Both the position numbers and the translations under genes were made by a program. Positions 33,834-43,921 of a DNA stretch of 64,000 bases are shown here, piece after piece (within the stretch, counting starts at the first letter, position 1; every line of letters starts with the position of its first letter). The notes under the pieces were generated by a model. It had not been told where the DNA came from, searched no databases, and saw only the letters and a list, made by a program, of their open reading frames with translations. This DNA comes from Bacteroidota bacterium. GTDB lineage: Bacteria; Bacteroidota; Bacteroidia; AKYH767-A; OLB10. The DNA lies in contig CP064983.1 of NCBI GenBank assembly GCA_016699635.1, positions 1,670,985-1,734,984 on the forward strand, written 5' to 3'.

Positions 33834-34862
33834 ATGTCATTGCCACAACTCATTGTTACTGACAGCAGCCGAAACGGAAAACTTCCATTTGCTCCTTTTA
33901 AAAGGACACAGGAAGAATCTGCACAACAGCCAAAGACAGAGAAGGTAAGCAACAAAGTTGCGAAGCAGAAACTTTCTTTAAAAACAGACAGCTTAAAAGG
34001 TAATACCACTGTAGTTGATACAATAAAACCAATAGCAAACGATAGTATTCAACTTGCAATTGATTCTTCAGTTGCAGATATGTCTAGATTGTTTCGTTTT
34101 ACAGATGAGGAAAATGATGAACTGAACAATTCAGATCAACAATTTATTTCATCATCGGCATATTTCAAACAGCAGCAGTTGGAAGTAAAATCGTCATCTC
34201 CACAATTGTTTAATAAGATAGTTCCGGATTGGTTTACCATAGTCCTTTTTTTTCTGATTGTGGGCATTACAACAGTAAAAGTTTTTTATCAGAATATTTT
34301 CAGACAATTGGTCGAAGCTGTTTATAGTTTTGCAGTAACCAATCAGGTGGTGCGCGATGAAAATTTGTTAGTGCAACGTGCTTCAGTTTTGCTAAATGTA
34401 ATTTTTTATTGTAGCTCAGGTTTGTTTTTTTATTGGATCAGTGTGCGCTACAACTGGAATCATCCGATCTTAAATGAAGGATTGTTTCGTTTTTTCTTTT
34501 TTGCTTTCGTGACAGCAGTTTTTTTTACAGTAAAAATGTTGTTGCTGAAACTGATAGGCACAATTTTTAATCTCGATAAACCGGTGGCAGTTTTTATTTT
34601 TTCCATTTTTTTGACCAATAATTTACTAGGAGTTCTGCTGGTGTTGATTACTTCATTTATGGCATATTTATCCGGTGTGGGTCTGATAAATTACATCTAT
34701 CTGGTATTAGGAATTCTTTCTCTGGCATTTATTTTTTTATTGTACAGGGCATTTTTGATTTCCCGTACTGTGCAGGGTTATTCTTTGTATTATTTAATTT
34801 TATACTTTTGCACCCTTGAAATTGTACCGATTGCATTGATAGTAAAATTTGCATCGGAGTAA
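33834..34862 (+). CDS. DUF4271 domain membrane protein
   Basis: Bacteroidota-specific family. It is conserved upstream of hemD. Confidence 0.65.
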   Translation: MSLPQLIVTDSSRNGKLPFAPFKRTQEESAQQPKTEKVSNKVAKQKLSLKTDSLKGNTTVVDTIKPIANDSIQLAIDSSVADMSRLFRFTDEENDELNNSDQQFISSSAYFKQQQLEVKSSSPQLFNKIVPDWFTIVLFFLIVGITTVKVFYQNIFRQLVEAVYSFAVTNQVVRDENLLVQRASVLLNVIFYCSSGLFFYWISVRYNWNHPILNEGLFRFFFFAFVTAVFFTVKMLLLKLIGTIFNLDKPVAVFIFSIFLTNNLLGVLLVLITSFMAYLSGVGLINYIYLVLGILSLAFIFLLYRAFLISRTVQGYSLYYLILYFCTLEIVPIALIVKFASE

Positions 34863-34885
34863 TTAAACAAGGTGATTAAAAACGC

Positions 34886-35641
34886 ATGGCCGGAAATTCG
34901 AAAGTAAAGACAATACTCGTAACACAACCCAAGCCGGAAACGGAAAAGAATCCATACTTTGACCTTGCAAAAAAGTTCAATGTAAAAATTGATTTTCGTC
35001 CTTTTATTCAGATTGAAGGAATACCTGCAAAAGATTTTCGCAAAGACAGAGTTAATGTTGCAGAATTTCAGGCAGTAATTTTAACCAGTCGCCAGGCTGC
35101 CGATCATTATTTCAGAATGGCTGCCGAAATGCGCATGACAAATTTTGATGAAGTAAAATTTTTCTGCGTGTCTGAGTCAACTGCTTTTTATCTCCAGAAA
35201 TATATCACATATCGTAAGCGCAAAGTTTTTTATGGCAACAACAGCATTAACGATTTGACAGATGTGTTGAAGAAACATAAGAAAGAAAAGTTTTTGCTTC
35301 CTTGTAGTGAAGTAATGAATCCCGACATCATTAACACATTAAAAGACGGTGACCTGAATTTTATAACTGCAGCAATGTACAGAACGGTAAGTAGCGATTT
35401 ATCTGATGTGAATATTGAAACGTTTGATATGATTGTGTTCTTCAGCCCATCGGGAGTTCAGTCGCTGTTGAAGAATTTTCCTAAATACAAACAAGGCAAT
35501 ACCCGAATTGCAACATTCGGTGTCACCACATCACAGACTGCAAAAGATGCTAAGTTAAAAGTAGAGGTTGAAGCACCTGTTCCGCAGGCACCAAGTATGA
35601 CAATGGCTATTGAGCAGTATCTGAAAAAAGCCAACAAGTAA
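34886..35641 (+). CDS. hemD: uroporphyrinogen-III synthase
   Basis: HemD fold motifs ..ILVTQPKPE.., ..AVILTSRQAADHYF.. and ..IVFFSPSGVQS.. Confidence 0.75.
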   Translation: MAGNSKVKTILVTQPKPETEKNPYFDLAKKFNVKIDFRPFIQIEGIPAKDFRKDRVNVAEFQAVILTSRQAADHYFRMAAEMRMTNFDEVKFFCVSESTAFYLQKYITYRKRKVFYGNNSINDLTDVLKKHKKEKFLLPCSEVMNPDIINTLKDGDLNFITAAMYRTVSSDLSDVNIETFDMIVFFSPSGVQSLLKNFPKYKQGNTRIATFGVTTSQTAKDAKLKVEVEAPVPQAPSMTMAIEQYLKKANK

Positions 35642-35645
35642 TTTT

Positions 35646-36824
35646 TTACTTAATCTCACTTAGTTTTTGCTGTGCCTGTGTAGCGTAAAATCCTTTGCTG
35701 GAAATTATTTTTTGTAATAACTCTTTTGCTTTATCCTGCTCACCTTTTTGCAAAAGCAGCAATGCTCTGTGCCACGCTGATTCCTGATTAAATGTATTGT
35801 TTGACTGTGCATCTAATCGGTCGAGGAAGTGAAGTGCTTTATCATACTGCTGACTTTCGCTGTATGACATTGCCGTATAAAACAAGGCATTTACATCGCT
35901 ATGATTGTCGGATAGCAAAAGTTGCAACTTATTAATTGCAGAGGAGTATTTCTTATTGTTGTAATCAACTAATGCTTCAGCTAAAAAATCTTGATATCCT
36001 ATTGTACGAGACTGCATGTTGTTAAGCGTTTTGGATTTTTCCATATCCTTTCTCGACTCATAACGGGCAGGAATGCCGTTGTCTTCTTTTGCTACGTTCT
36101 TTTCACGTTTGTACTCACGGGAATAGTCATACACTTTTAGTCCTTCAATATTTTTTGTTACCGGCACTACAGCATCAACTACAGCAGCACCTGCCGATGC
36201 AGACTCAGTAACTATGAGTGCACCAACATCTGCTGACTGTGGCTCAGCAATTGCTTCATTTTTCTGAACAGGTTCTGTTGCAGCAAAGGCTTTATCTTCT
36301 TTACTTGCTTTTGCTACCATTGCATTATGCGATGCAATTATGTTTTTTGATGCTTGTTGAATTCTTTCTTCTGCAGGAGGAGGTGGTGGTTGAATGGTAG
36401 ATTCATTCAACTTAGTATCACTGCTGGTTTGAGGTGTTTCTGTATTTATTTTTTGTTGTACAGCAGGTGCGTTAATTTGTTCTGCTGTGTTTTCATGTTT
36501 GAAGGAATAGTTAGAAATAATCCATCCTGTAGCAATTAAAATTGCAACAGATGCTGCGGCATAATACCATCTGTTTATAGATGGGGATTGTTTTGCAGAA
36601 GAAGAATATTTATCCGATACCTGCTTGATGGTTTCATCAAGCGGTTTCATAGAGGTCAACAAGGCAAGACCTTCTGCTGCATCGGAACAAAGCTCGCAGT
36701 CTGTCAGGTGTTTTTCAACGGCATACTTTTCGGCATCCGTCATTTTTCCCTGCACATATTTTGTCAGACGTTCTTTGTCAACGCAGTCAGAGGTTTTGAA
36801 TATTTCAATTTTACGACTTAACAT
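35646..36824 (-). CDS. putative anti-sigma factor with an N-terminal zinc-finger motif, a TM segment and C-terminal TPR-like repeats
   Basis: HLTDCELCSD (HxxxCxxC), one TM helix, a Pro-rich linker and a TPR-like C-terminus. It overlaps the ECF sigma gene end. Confidence 0.55.
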   Translation of the reverse strand: MLSRKIEIFKTSDCVDKERLTKYVQGKMTDAEKYAVEKHLTDCELCSDAAEGLALLTSMKPLDETIKQVSDKYSSSAKQSPSINRWYYAAASVAILIATGWIISNYSFKHENTAEQINAPAVQQKINTETPQTSSDTKLNESTIQPPPPPAEERIQQASKNIIASHNAMVAKASKEDKAFAATEPVQKNEAIAEPQSADVGALIVTESASAGAAVVDAVVPVTKNIEGLKVYDYSREYKREKNVAKEDNGIPARYESRKDMEKSKTLNNMQSRTIGYQDFLAEALVDYNNKKYSSAINKLQLLLSDNHSDVNALFYTAMSYSESQQYDKALHFLDRLDAQSNNTFNQESAWHRALLLLQKGEQDKAKELLQKIISSKGFYATQAQQKLSEIK

Positions 36825-37407
36825 GATTATTTTTCTCCATATAAATTCTGAGATTCCTTTTCCCATTCTGTATAAAACTCTTCACCTGCTTGAAATCAAA
36901 ACCTGTTAGGTCTGTTATTTCATTATAGCATTTTTCTTTCAGGAAAAACAATTCAATACATATTCTTTGTTCTTCGTTTAATGTTTTTATTGCTTCTTCA
37001 AGCATCAGCAATTCTGTTTCTTTTTCATAAACACGGTCGGTGTTTTCCGGTTCAAATTCTGTTGATGCAGCAATTTCATCTCGGCTGTAATTGTCTGCTC
37101 TGTTTTTTGCTGCCTGTCTGCTGCGCAACTGCATCAGACAAAAGTTTTGTGCCACACGATGTATCCAGTACGAGAACTTCTGTACGTCATGTTTTGACAA
37201 ATCGGCATAAAGTTTCTCAAAAATCTGCAACACAGCATCTTTACTGTCGTCAGTATCTTTAAGATACTTCATGCACACACCAAATACTAAATGCGAATAG
37301 CGGTTAAACAATATACCCACAGCTTGTTTATCACCTTGCTGGCGATATTGCAACACAAGCTCCTCATCGCTAAGCGCATTCTTATCCTTATTCCGGATGA
37401 GCCACAT
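36811..37407 (-). CDS. RNA polymerase ECF-type sigma-70 factor
   Basis: Sigma-2 region ..LVFGVCMKYLKDTDDSKDAVLQIF.. and a sigma-4 HTH near the C-terminus. Confidence 0.8.
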   Translation of the reverse strand: MWLIRNKDKNALSDEELVLQYRQQGDKQAVGILFNRYSHLVFGVCMKYLKDTDDSKDAVLQIFEKLYADLSKHDVQKFSYWIHRVAQNFCLMQLRSRQAAKNRADNYSRDEIAASTEFEPENTDRVYEKETELLMLEEAIKTLNEEQRICIELFFLKEKCYNEITDLTGFDFKQVKSFIQNGKRNLRIYMEKNNHVKS

Positions 37408-37488
37408 AAATAATTTTTACTTTCTGATTAATGGTAGGATGCTTTCTGGAATATGATTCCATAAACATTCATAAAAATAATTTTAAAA

Positions 37489-37767
37489 TTAAAGGACTAC
37501 CTCCGCAATGGCATGAATAGGTATATCTTTTCCTGCCTTTAATTCCACATGGTCATTGGTGACAGCCCAAACAGTTGTTTCTACAGCACAAGTGCCTTCA
37601 GTGGTTTCAAATACTATGCGCACTTTTTGTTTGTAATCGTTTCCTAATGCCATTGCACCATCGAGTAAAATTTTTCGCCTTGCACGATCTATTTCATTCG
37701 ATAACACTTCGTGTTGAACAAAATGGTAGTCAGATAAATCTTCTTTAGCAATGATGGTGAGTTCCAT
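37489..37767 (-). CDS. hypothetical protein, 92 aa
   Basis: ORF with good coding appearance. No family recognised. Confidence 0.4.
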   Translation of the reverse strand: MELTIIAKEDLSDYHFVQHEVLSNEIDRARRKILLDGAMALGNDYKQKVRIVFETTEGTCAVETTVWAVTNDHVELKAGKDIPIHAIAEVVL

Positions 37768-37832
37768 ATTGATTGAATTTGGTGTATCAGAGTTTTAGCG
37801 GCATATAAAAGTAGGCATTTATTCTAATATGT

Positions 37833-38864
37833 TCAATAAAATTTTAAAACGGCCATTTTTCCCGACTTTCCGGCCATCCAGACCTTTTTTTGTGAAGGTG
37901 CTATGCTGATGGTGTAAAATGCTAGTGATAGTCCATCTGCGTTTTTAATTTCTTTAATGTAGTGCTGACTGTCAATCACATACGTGCCGTTATGGCCTGT
38001 TGTAATCAGGTAGTTGCCATTTTTAGTTTTTATTGTTTTAACACATGACACAAAAGCCCCCTCAGGAAGTTTTATGGGTTGCCATGTCTTGCCACCATTG
38101 TTTGTTTGGTACAAAGTTGTGGTAGTATCGGATTGCAAATAGTTGCCTCCACCAATATAGCCATTTAGTTTGTTTTCAAAATACATAGTAAAAATTCCTG
38201 TCATGGTGCTGTCGCTAATCATAGGTGTGGTTTGTGGAAGAAATGCACCATCATTTTCAGAAATAAAAAGTCTTGATGTGCTTCCTCCTGTTGCAAAAAT
38301 CACGCTGTTTTGCAGCCATTGTATGTTGGTGTTACTTGCAGCAAAGCAACCTTCACCTTTTATTGCAGGTGATGTAACTTTTAGCTCCTGCCAGTTGTTG
38401 CCGCCATCTGTTGTTTTAATAATCATAAAATACCCTTCCATTGGATCGCTTATAGCAATGCCATGAAGCGAATCTTTAAATGTCATACTATCAAAAAAAA
38501 TACCCTTGCTGTGATTGCTGTAAACATGTTGCCATGATGTACCATAATTATTTGTTCTCAATAGATATGCCGGTGAATCAATGCTCAATAACAAAACCGT
38601 TGAGTCGTTTAATGCCGCCAATGACCTGAATTCAGAATATTTTCCATCAGTGGCAATAGAGTCTATATGCCAGTTGCTGCCACCATCTTTTGTAAAACCA
38701 AAAACACCTCTGTTAGCTGCAAACCACACCACACTGTCGTTTACTGTCTGTAGTGCGCGAATGCTTACCTGAACGGGCAATTGAATGGTTTTTAATTCTA
38801 TCTGCTGTGCCTGCAGTGATGATGTAAAACAAAAGCACCACAGTATGTGAAAAATTCTTTGCAT
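37833..38864 (-). CDS. secreted BNR/Ycf48-like beta-propeller protein
   Basis: Signal peptide. Repeated TxDGGxxW motifs (TKDGGSNW, TTDGGNNW, TNNGGKTW). Confidence 0.65.
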   Translation of the reverse strand: MQRIFHILWCFCFTSSLQAQQIELKTIQLPVQVSIRALQTVNDSVVWFAANRGVFGFTKDGGSNWHIDSIATDGKYSEFRSLAALNDSTVLLLSIDSPAYLLRTNNYGTSWQHVYSNHSKGIFFDSMTFKDSLHGIAISDPMEGYFMIIKTTDGGNNWQELKVTSPAIKGEGCFAASNTNIQWLQNSVIFATGGSTSRLFISENDGAFLPQTTPMISDSTMTGIFTMYFENKLNGYIGGGNYLQSDTTTTLYQTNNGGKTWQPIKLPEGAFVSCVKTIKTKNGNYLITTGHNGTYVIDSQHYIKEIKNADGLSLAFYTISIAPSQKKVWMAGKSGKMAVLKFY

Positions 38865-39032
38865 TGTGTTTCAAATGTAGTGTTTTTTCAAGTCTGCATA
38901 GATTGTTAAACGAACAGATTGTAATTTTTTTAAGACTAATAGGTAGTGACTTAAAAAGAAAGATATGTTTTCAGAAAAAAGTAATGACAGAAAGGTTTAT
39001 ATTGTAGCCATCAGAATGTTTGTATTATAATC

Positions 39033-40252
39033 ATGTCAGCGCAACTTAACCGTGTCATAGCACACATGGACCTCGATTGTTTTTTTGTATCCGTATCGCG
39101 GCTGCTGCATCCGGAGCTAAACAATAAGCCGGTAATTGTTGGCGGTGGCGAGCGTGGTGTAGTGGCTGCATGCAGCTACGAAACCAGAAAATTTGGTGCG
39201 CACTCTGCCATGCCCATTAAGCAGGCAAAACGCCTGTGCCCGGAAGCTATTATTGTTCGTGGCGATTATGATGCTTACAGCAGTCATTCCGATATGGTGC
39301 ATGAAATTATTTGCGAAAGTGTGCCGCTGTATGAGCGTAGCAGTATTGATGAATTTTATTTAGACCTAACAGGCATGGATCGTTTTTTTGGATGTTATAA
39401 ACATGCTACAGAACTCAGGCAACGCATCATCCGCGAAACAGGGCTGCCTATTTCTTTTGGTATGAGTGCCAACAAAACCGTAAGCAAAATTGCTACCGAT
39501 GAGGCAAAGCCCAACAATCAGATGCAGGTGGACTGTGGCGAAGAGAAAATTTTTTTAGCTCCGCTGTCGGTACGAAAAATTCCTATGGTAGGCGAAAAGA
39601 CCTACACACTGCTGCGCAGCATGGGTGTAGAGAAAGTAAAAACCGTTCAGGAAATGCCTGTAGAACTGATGGAGCGTGTGCTTGGCGAAAACGGAACTAC
39701 CATCTGGAAAAAAGCCAACGGCATTGACACCACAGCCGTTGAGCCATACCATGAGCAGAAGAGCATGAGCACGAAGAAACTTTTGAGCAGGACACTATTG
39801 ACGTGCAACGCCTGCAGCACATCCTCATTGCTATGACAGAAAAACTATGCTTCCGCCTGCGCAGCGAACACAAGGTAACGTCATGTATAAGCGTAAAAAT
39901 CCGTTACAGCAACTTCGACACACATACCATGCAGTGCCGCATAGCCTACACAAGTTGCGACCACATTATTATTAAGCAAGTAAAAGAACTGTTTGCTAAG
40001 CTGTTTAACCGCAGAATGCTCATCAGGCTTATTGGTATTAAGTTCAGCCATCTGGTAGGTGGCGGACATCAGATTAATTTGTTTGAAGACAGCGAAGAAA
40101 TCATCAACCTCTATCAGGCAATGGACCGTATGCGCCTGCGCTTTGGCGAAGATAAAATTCACCGTGCTGCTGCCATGAGCTTTTCATTGCGCGGATTCAA
40201 TCCGTTTAATGGATTGAGTAATTCACCTAAAGAGATAAAGGGCGGTAAATAA
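39033..40252 (+). CDS. dinB: DNA polymerase IV (Y-family). It is split into ORFs 39033..39836 and 39803..40252 by a frameshift near 39790.
   Basis: Catalytic motifs HMDLDCFFVSV and SIDEFYLDLTG are intact. The little-finger domain sits in the second ORF. Confidence 0.85.
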
Positions 40253-40408
40253 GCTAAAAAAATAGTTGTAGAACGATAATACCTTGAAAAGGCAAAATTC
40301 CATATTTACTTTTACGGTCTTAATTTTAATTATATATATTCATAATTAAACTTAGGTACCTACTATGGAGTTTGATAAAAACATTTCTGATTAAACAACA
40401 CAAAACAA

Positions 40409-41386
40409 TCAACCTTTCAAAGATATCTTACTGTATTTGTTCCTATATTCCAGCGGAGTGATGCCTGTATGTTTTTTAAATAAATCTCTGAATGCTTTTG
40501 TGTCAGTATAACCCACATCAAACATTACTTCAGTAATATTTTTTCTGCTGCTTTCAAACTTGCGTTTTGCAGTTTCAATTTTTACTCGTTGAATATATTC
40601 CAATACCGAATGATTGGTTGACTTCAGAAATCTTCGCTCAAAAGTTCTTCGGCTCATCTTTGTATAGTCTGCAAGTTGGTCTATAGTTAGTTTTGCATCA
40701 GTGTGTTTTTCTATATACTGTTGTGCTTTTAAAATTTCTGTGTCATGATGATTTTTCTGACCATTGAATATGGCAAAGGAAGCCTGACTGTTTCGATCCA
40801 AATCAATAGCAAAGTATTTTGAAGCAAGAATAGCAGTGTGTCGGTCTGAATATTTTTCCAACAAATAAAACAGCAGATTCCACAGCGAGTTTGCACCACC
40901 GCTGCTGTAAATGCCACGCTCTTCGGTAATGATTGCGCCATCAACTACCTCTGTATTTGCAAACTGTTCTTTAAACTCATTAAAATAAGCCCAATGTGTT
41001 GACACTTTTTTGCCGTCAACCAAACCTGATGCTGTTAGTAGAAAAGCACCAATACATAAACTTGCAACTTCCGTACCCTGACGATGCATTTTTTGTAGCC
41101 ATGGAATGGCAGCTGCATTTTTCTTTAAGGAATGTTTTACATCACCATAAAGCGCGGGTATAATTATTAAGTCAGAATCGTTAACACTATTTATATGCCT
41201 ATCAATACGAATGCTGTATTCGCCATCATTGGCTTTGATGCTTTTTTGTAAGCCCACATATTCAACTTTAAACTTAGGTTTTTTACCTGAGGCTATAAGA
41301 ATATCATTGGCAGTTTTAAATAATCTGTATGCCGGTGTTATGGCTTCTATAGCTGCATGATACGGTACATAAACAGAAATTAACAT
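40409..41386 (-). CDS. GlxA-family transcriptional regulator (DJ-1/PfpI domain fused to an AraC HTH)
   Basis: DJ-1-like N-terminal domain with the Cys elbow ASLCIGAFLL. C-terminal AraC HTH. Confidence 0.75.
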   Translation of the reverse strand: MLISVYVPYHAAIEAITPAYRLFKTANDILIASGKKPKFKVEYVGLQKSIKANDGEYSIRIDRHINSVNDSDLIIIPALYGDVKHSLKKNAAAIPWLQKMHRQGTEVASLCIGAFLLTASGLVDGKKVSTHWAYFNEFKEQFANTEVVDGAIITEERGIYSSGGANSLWNLLFYLLEKYSDRHTAILASKYFAIDLDRNSQASFAIFNGQKNHHDTEILKAQQYIEKHTDAKLTIDQLADYTKMSRRTFERRFLKSTNHSVLEYIQRVKIETAKRKFESSRKNITEVMFDVGYTDTKAFRDLFKKHTGITPLEYRNKYSKISLKG

Positions 41387-41527
41387 TCCGGTAATTTTTA
41401 TTTGGTAAAGTTAAAGTATTTTGTCATTATCACACCTTAAAACTGTCGTTTCTGCCACCTATTGTTGCTTTCTTTAATACTCATCTTTGTAGTACTAAAT
41501 CAATTATTCACTATTAAGCAAAAAATT

Positions 41528-41977
41528 ATGCAAACAAATAATGTAAATCTACACAGGGTATTTGCTTCGCCTACAGAGAAAGTGTTTAAAGCATTTTCTG
41601 ATGCCGATGCTTATACTGCATGGCTACCTCCTTATGGATTTGTGGCCAAAACACATCAATATGATTTTAAAGTTGGTGGCAGTTATAAAATATCGTTTAT
41701 TAATTTTACAACAGGCTTTAGTCACTCTTTCGGTGGTGAGTTTGTAGAGATAAAGCTTAATGACCTGATAAAAATAACGGATCGCTTTGATGACCCTAAT
41801 CTTCCCGGAGAAATGATAACTACTGTCCATTTTAAAAAAGAGAGCTGTGGTACAGAAATTAATATTTCGCAAACAGGAATTCCTGTTGCCATTCCTTCAG
41901 AGATGTGTTATTTGGGTTGGCAAGATTCATTAGATAAATTAAAAAGATTGGTCGAACCCAATATACCGGATGCTTAG
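41528..41977 (+). CDS. SRPBCC (AHSA1-like) domain protein
   Basis: The ..VNLHRVFASPTEKVFKAFSDADAYTAWLPP.. core is typical. Confidence 0.7.
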   Translation: MQTNNVNLHRVFASPTEKVFKAFSDADAYTAWLPPYGFVAKTHQYDFKVGGSYKISFINFTTGFSHSFGGEFVEIKLNDLIKITDRFDDPNLPGEMITTVHFKKESCGTEINISQTGIPVAIPSEMCYLGWQDSLDKLKRLVEPNIPDA

Positions 41978-42043
41978 TTTATTCGCTATTAAATTTAAAC
42001 AAACATAAATCAATATAATAACAATTTTCAAAACACTATCATT

Positions 42044-42445
42044 ATGTCAAAACAAGTTTTTATTAATCTTCCCGTAAAGGATTTAAAGAGGTCAATGTCT
42101 TTTTATGAAGCTATAGGCTTCACCAACAATCCTCAGTTTACAGATCATACTGCTGCCTGTATGGTTTGGAGTGACACAATTTTGTCATGCTTCTAACTCA
42201 TGATAAGTTTAAGCAGTTTACATCCAAACTAATTATTGATGCAAAACAGTCAGTAGGCGTTTCTAATGCACTTTTTTTTGAAAGTATTGATGCTATGAAG
42301 TCGTTTGCAGAAAATGCAGTAAAGTAGGAGGCAGAGAATATGCAGCTGCCAGCGACTATGGTTTTATGCAACAACATTTTATTGAAGATTTAGATGGACA
42401 CAATTGGGAGCCATTCTATATGGATATGAGTAAATTTCCCGGATA
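42044..42445 (+). CDS. VOC (glyoxalase/bleomycin-resistance) family protein. It is broken by at least two frameshifts and is absent from the ORF track.
   Basis: MSKQVFINLPVKDLKRSMSFYEAIGFTNNPQFTDHTAACMVWSDTI... resumes in other frames as ..MLLTHDKFKQFTSKLIIDAKQSVGVSNALFFES.. and ..DLDGHNWEPFYMD.. Confidence 0.5.
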
Positions 42446-42466
42446 AATAACAAACAAATTAAAATT

Positions 42467-42937
42467 ATGGCAAAGAAAAAAATAGCTCCATGCTTATGGA
42501 TTGAAAAAGATGCTAAAAAGGCAGCTAAATATTATCTCTCAATTTTTAAAGAAGGCAAAATGCTTTCGTATAAAGCATATAAAAACTCAGGCACACCCAG
42601 TGGCGATTTTGATATTGCATACATCAACTTTCTGGGAATGGATGTGCAGATTCTTGCTGCAGGACCATTATTCAAATTTAATGAAGCAGTATCTTTTGTT
42701 ATCATCTGTAAAGACCAAAAAGAAATTGACTATTATTGGAAGGCATTGACAAAGAATGGTGGCAGCGAAGGTCCGTGCGGATGGTGTAAAGATAAGTATG
42801 GTCTGTCATGGCAAGTTGCTCCCGAGCTATATTTTAAATTAGAACATCATAAAAATAAAGCAAAGCAGGAATATGCTTTCAAAGCATTGATGAAAATGAA
42901 AAAAATTATCATTGCCGACTTAGTAGAAAAAAAGTAA
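42467..42937 (+). CDS. VOC family protein (PhnB / 3-demethylubiquinone-9 3-methyltransferase-like domain)
   Basis: N-terminus KIAPCLWIEKDAKKAAKYY and a ~155 aa length. Confidence 0.65.
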   Translation: MAKKKIAPCLWIEKDAKKAAKYYLSIFKEGKMLSYKAYKNSGTPSGDFDIAYINFLGMDVQILAAGPLFKFNEAVSFVIICKDQKEIDYYWKALTKNGGSEGPCGWCKDKYGLSWQVAPELYFKLEHHKNKAKQEYAFKALMKMKKIIIADLVEKK

Positions 42938-42967
42938 TTGTTGGCAAAACGATAAAAAACAAAGAAG

Positions 42968-43375
42968 ATGAATAAAATTACTGTGAGTGCTATTATAAAT
43001 GCACCAATAAAAAAAGTGTGGGACTGTTATACAAACCCCAATCATATTGTTAACTGGAATTTTGCTGACCCTAGCTGGCATTGCCCTTCTGCTACTAACG
43101 ATATGCGTATTGGCGGAACCTACAAAGCAAGAATGGAAGCAAAGGATGGCAGCTTTGGTTTCGACTTTGAAGCCGTTTATACTCAGATTGAATCCGAGAA
43201 ATATTTTTCTTATGAGTTTGGAGGAAGAGTTGCTTCAGTTGATTTCAAGAATAACGATAGCCAAACAGAAGTTGTTGTTGTGTTTGATGCCGAAAGTGAA
43301 AACCTTGTTGAGATGCAAAGAGCAGGATGGCAGGCTATTCTGAATAATTTTAAAAATTACACCGAGCATAATTAG
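42968..43375 (+). CDS. SRPBCC domain protein
   Basis: N-terminus ITVSAIINAPIKKVWDCYTNPNHIVNWN. Confidence 0.65.
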   Translation: MNKITVSAIINAPIKKVWDCYTNPNHIVNWNFADPSWHCPSATNDMRIGGTYKARMEAKDGSFGFDFEAVYTQIESEKYFSYEFGGRVASVDFKNNDSQTEVVVVFDAESENLVEMQRAGWQAILNNFKNYTEHN

Positions 43376-43378
43376 TAT

Positions 43379-43777
43379 ATGCAATTATGTGCGTATCTCC
43401 ATTTTAATGGTGATTGCAGAAAAGCAATGACATTTTATAAAAAGTGCTTAGGTGGAAGACTGAGGTTTCAAATGGTTAGCGAATTGCCGCAGTCAGAATC
43501 ACTTCCTACTTATATAAAAAGGAACATTCTGACTGCTTTATTACAGACTGAATATTTTCAGTTAGCCGGAACAGACCTGGGTAATGAAGCAGTTTATTCG
43601 CCTGACAAGAGCTTTTCGTTACTCTTAGAATGCAGGAGCAAACCGGAGTTGAAGCGATTGTATAAGCAACTTTCTGCAGGTGGAGTGAAGACACAATTGC
43701 TTCAGAAGAATTTTTATGGTGTAATAATTGGCTCTTTTAAAGATAAATTTGGCATTAACTGGGTCCTTCAGTATTAA
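43379..43777 (+). CDS. VOC family protein (PhnB-like)
   Basis: Length ~130 aa and the N-terminus LCAYLHFNGDCRKAMTFYKKCLGG. Confidence 0.6.
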   Translation: MQLCAYLHFNGDCRKAMTFYKKCLGGRLRFQMVSELPQSESLPTYIKRNILTALLQTEYFQLAGTDLGNEAVYSPDKSFSLLLECRSKPELKRLYKQLSAGGVKTQLLQKNFYGVIIGSFKDKFGINWVLQY

Positions 43778-43921
43778 TTGCACTATTTTTTAAATTTATT
43801 TTCTTTCAGAAGTTTTGTTACAGTTTTTCTTAATGTTTATATTACAACCGACCGAATGATTGTAGTATAAACATATTAAATGTGTAGAGTGACAGCTATT
43901 TGGTTGTTTTAACATATTGCC

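Noticed and set aside
39033-40252. The Y-family polymerase might be a catalytically dead ImuB partner of the DnaE2-like gene.
   Set aside because: Catalytic Asp/Glu motifs (HMDLDCFF, SIDEFYLD) are intact. It is separated from the DnaE-like gene by 3.7 kb and six genes on both strands. I call it DinB/Pol IV.
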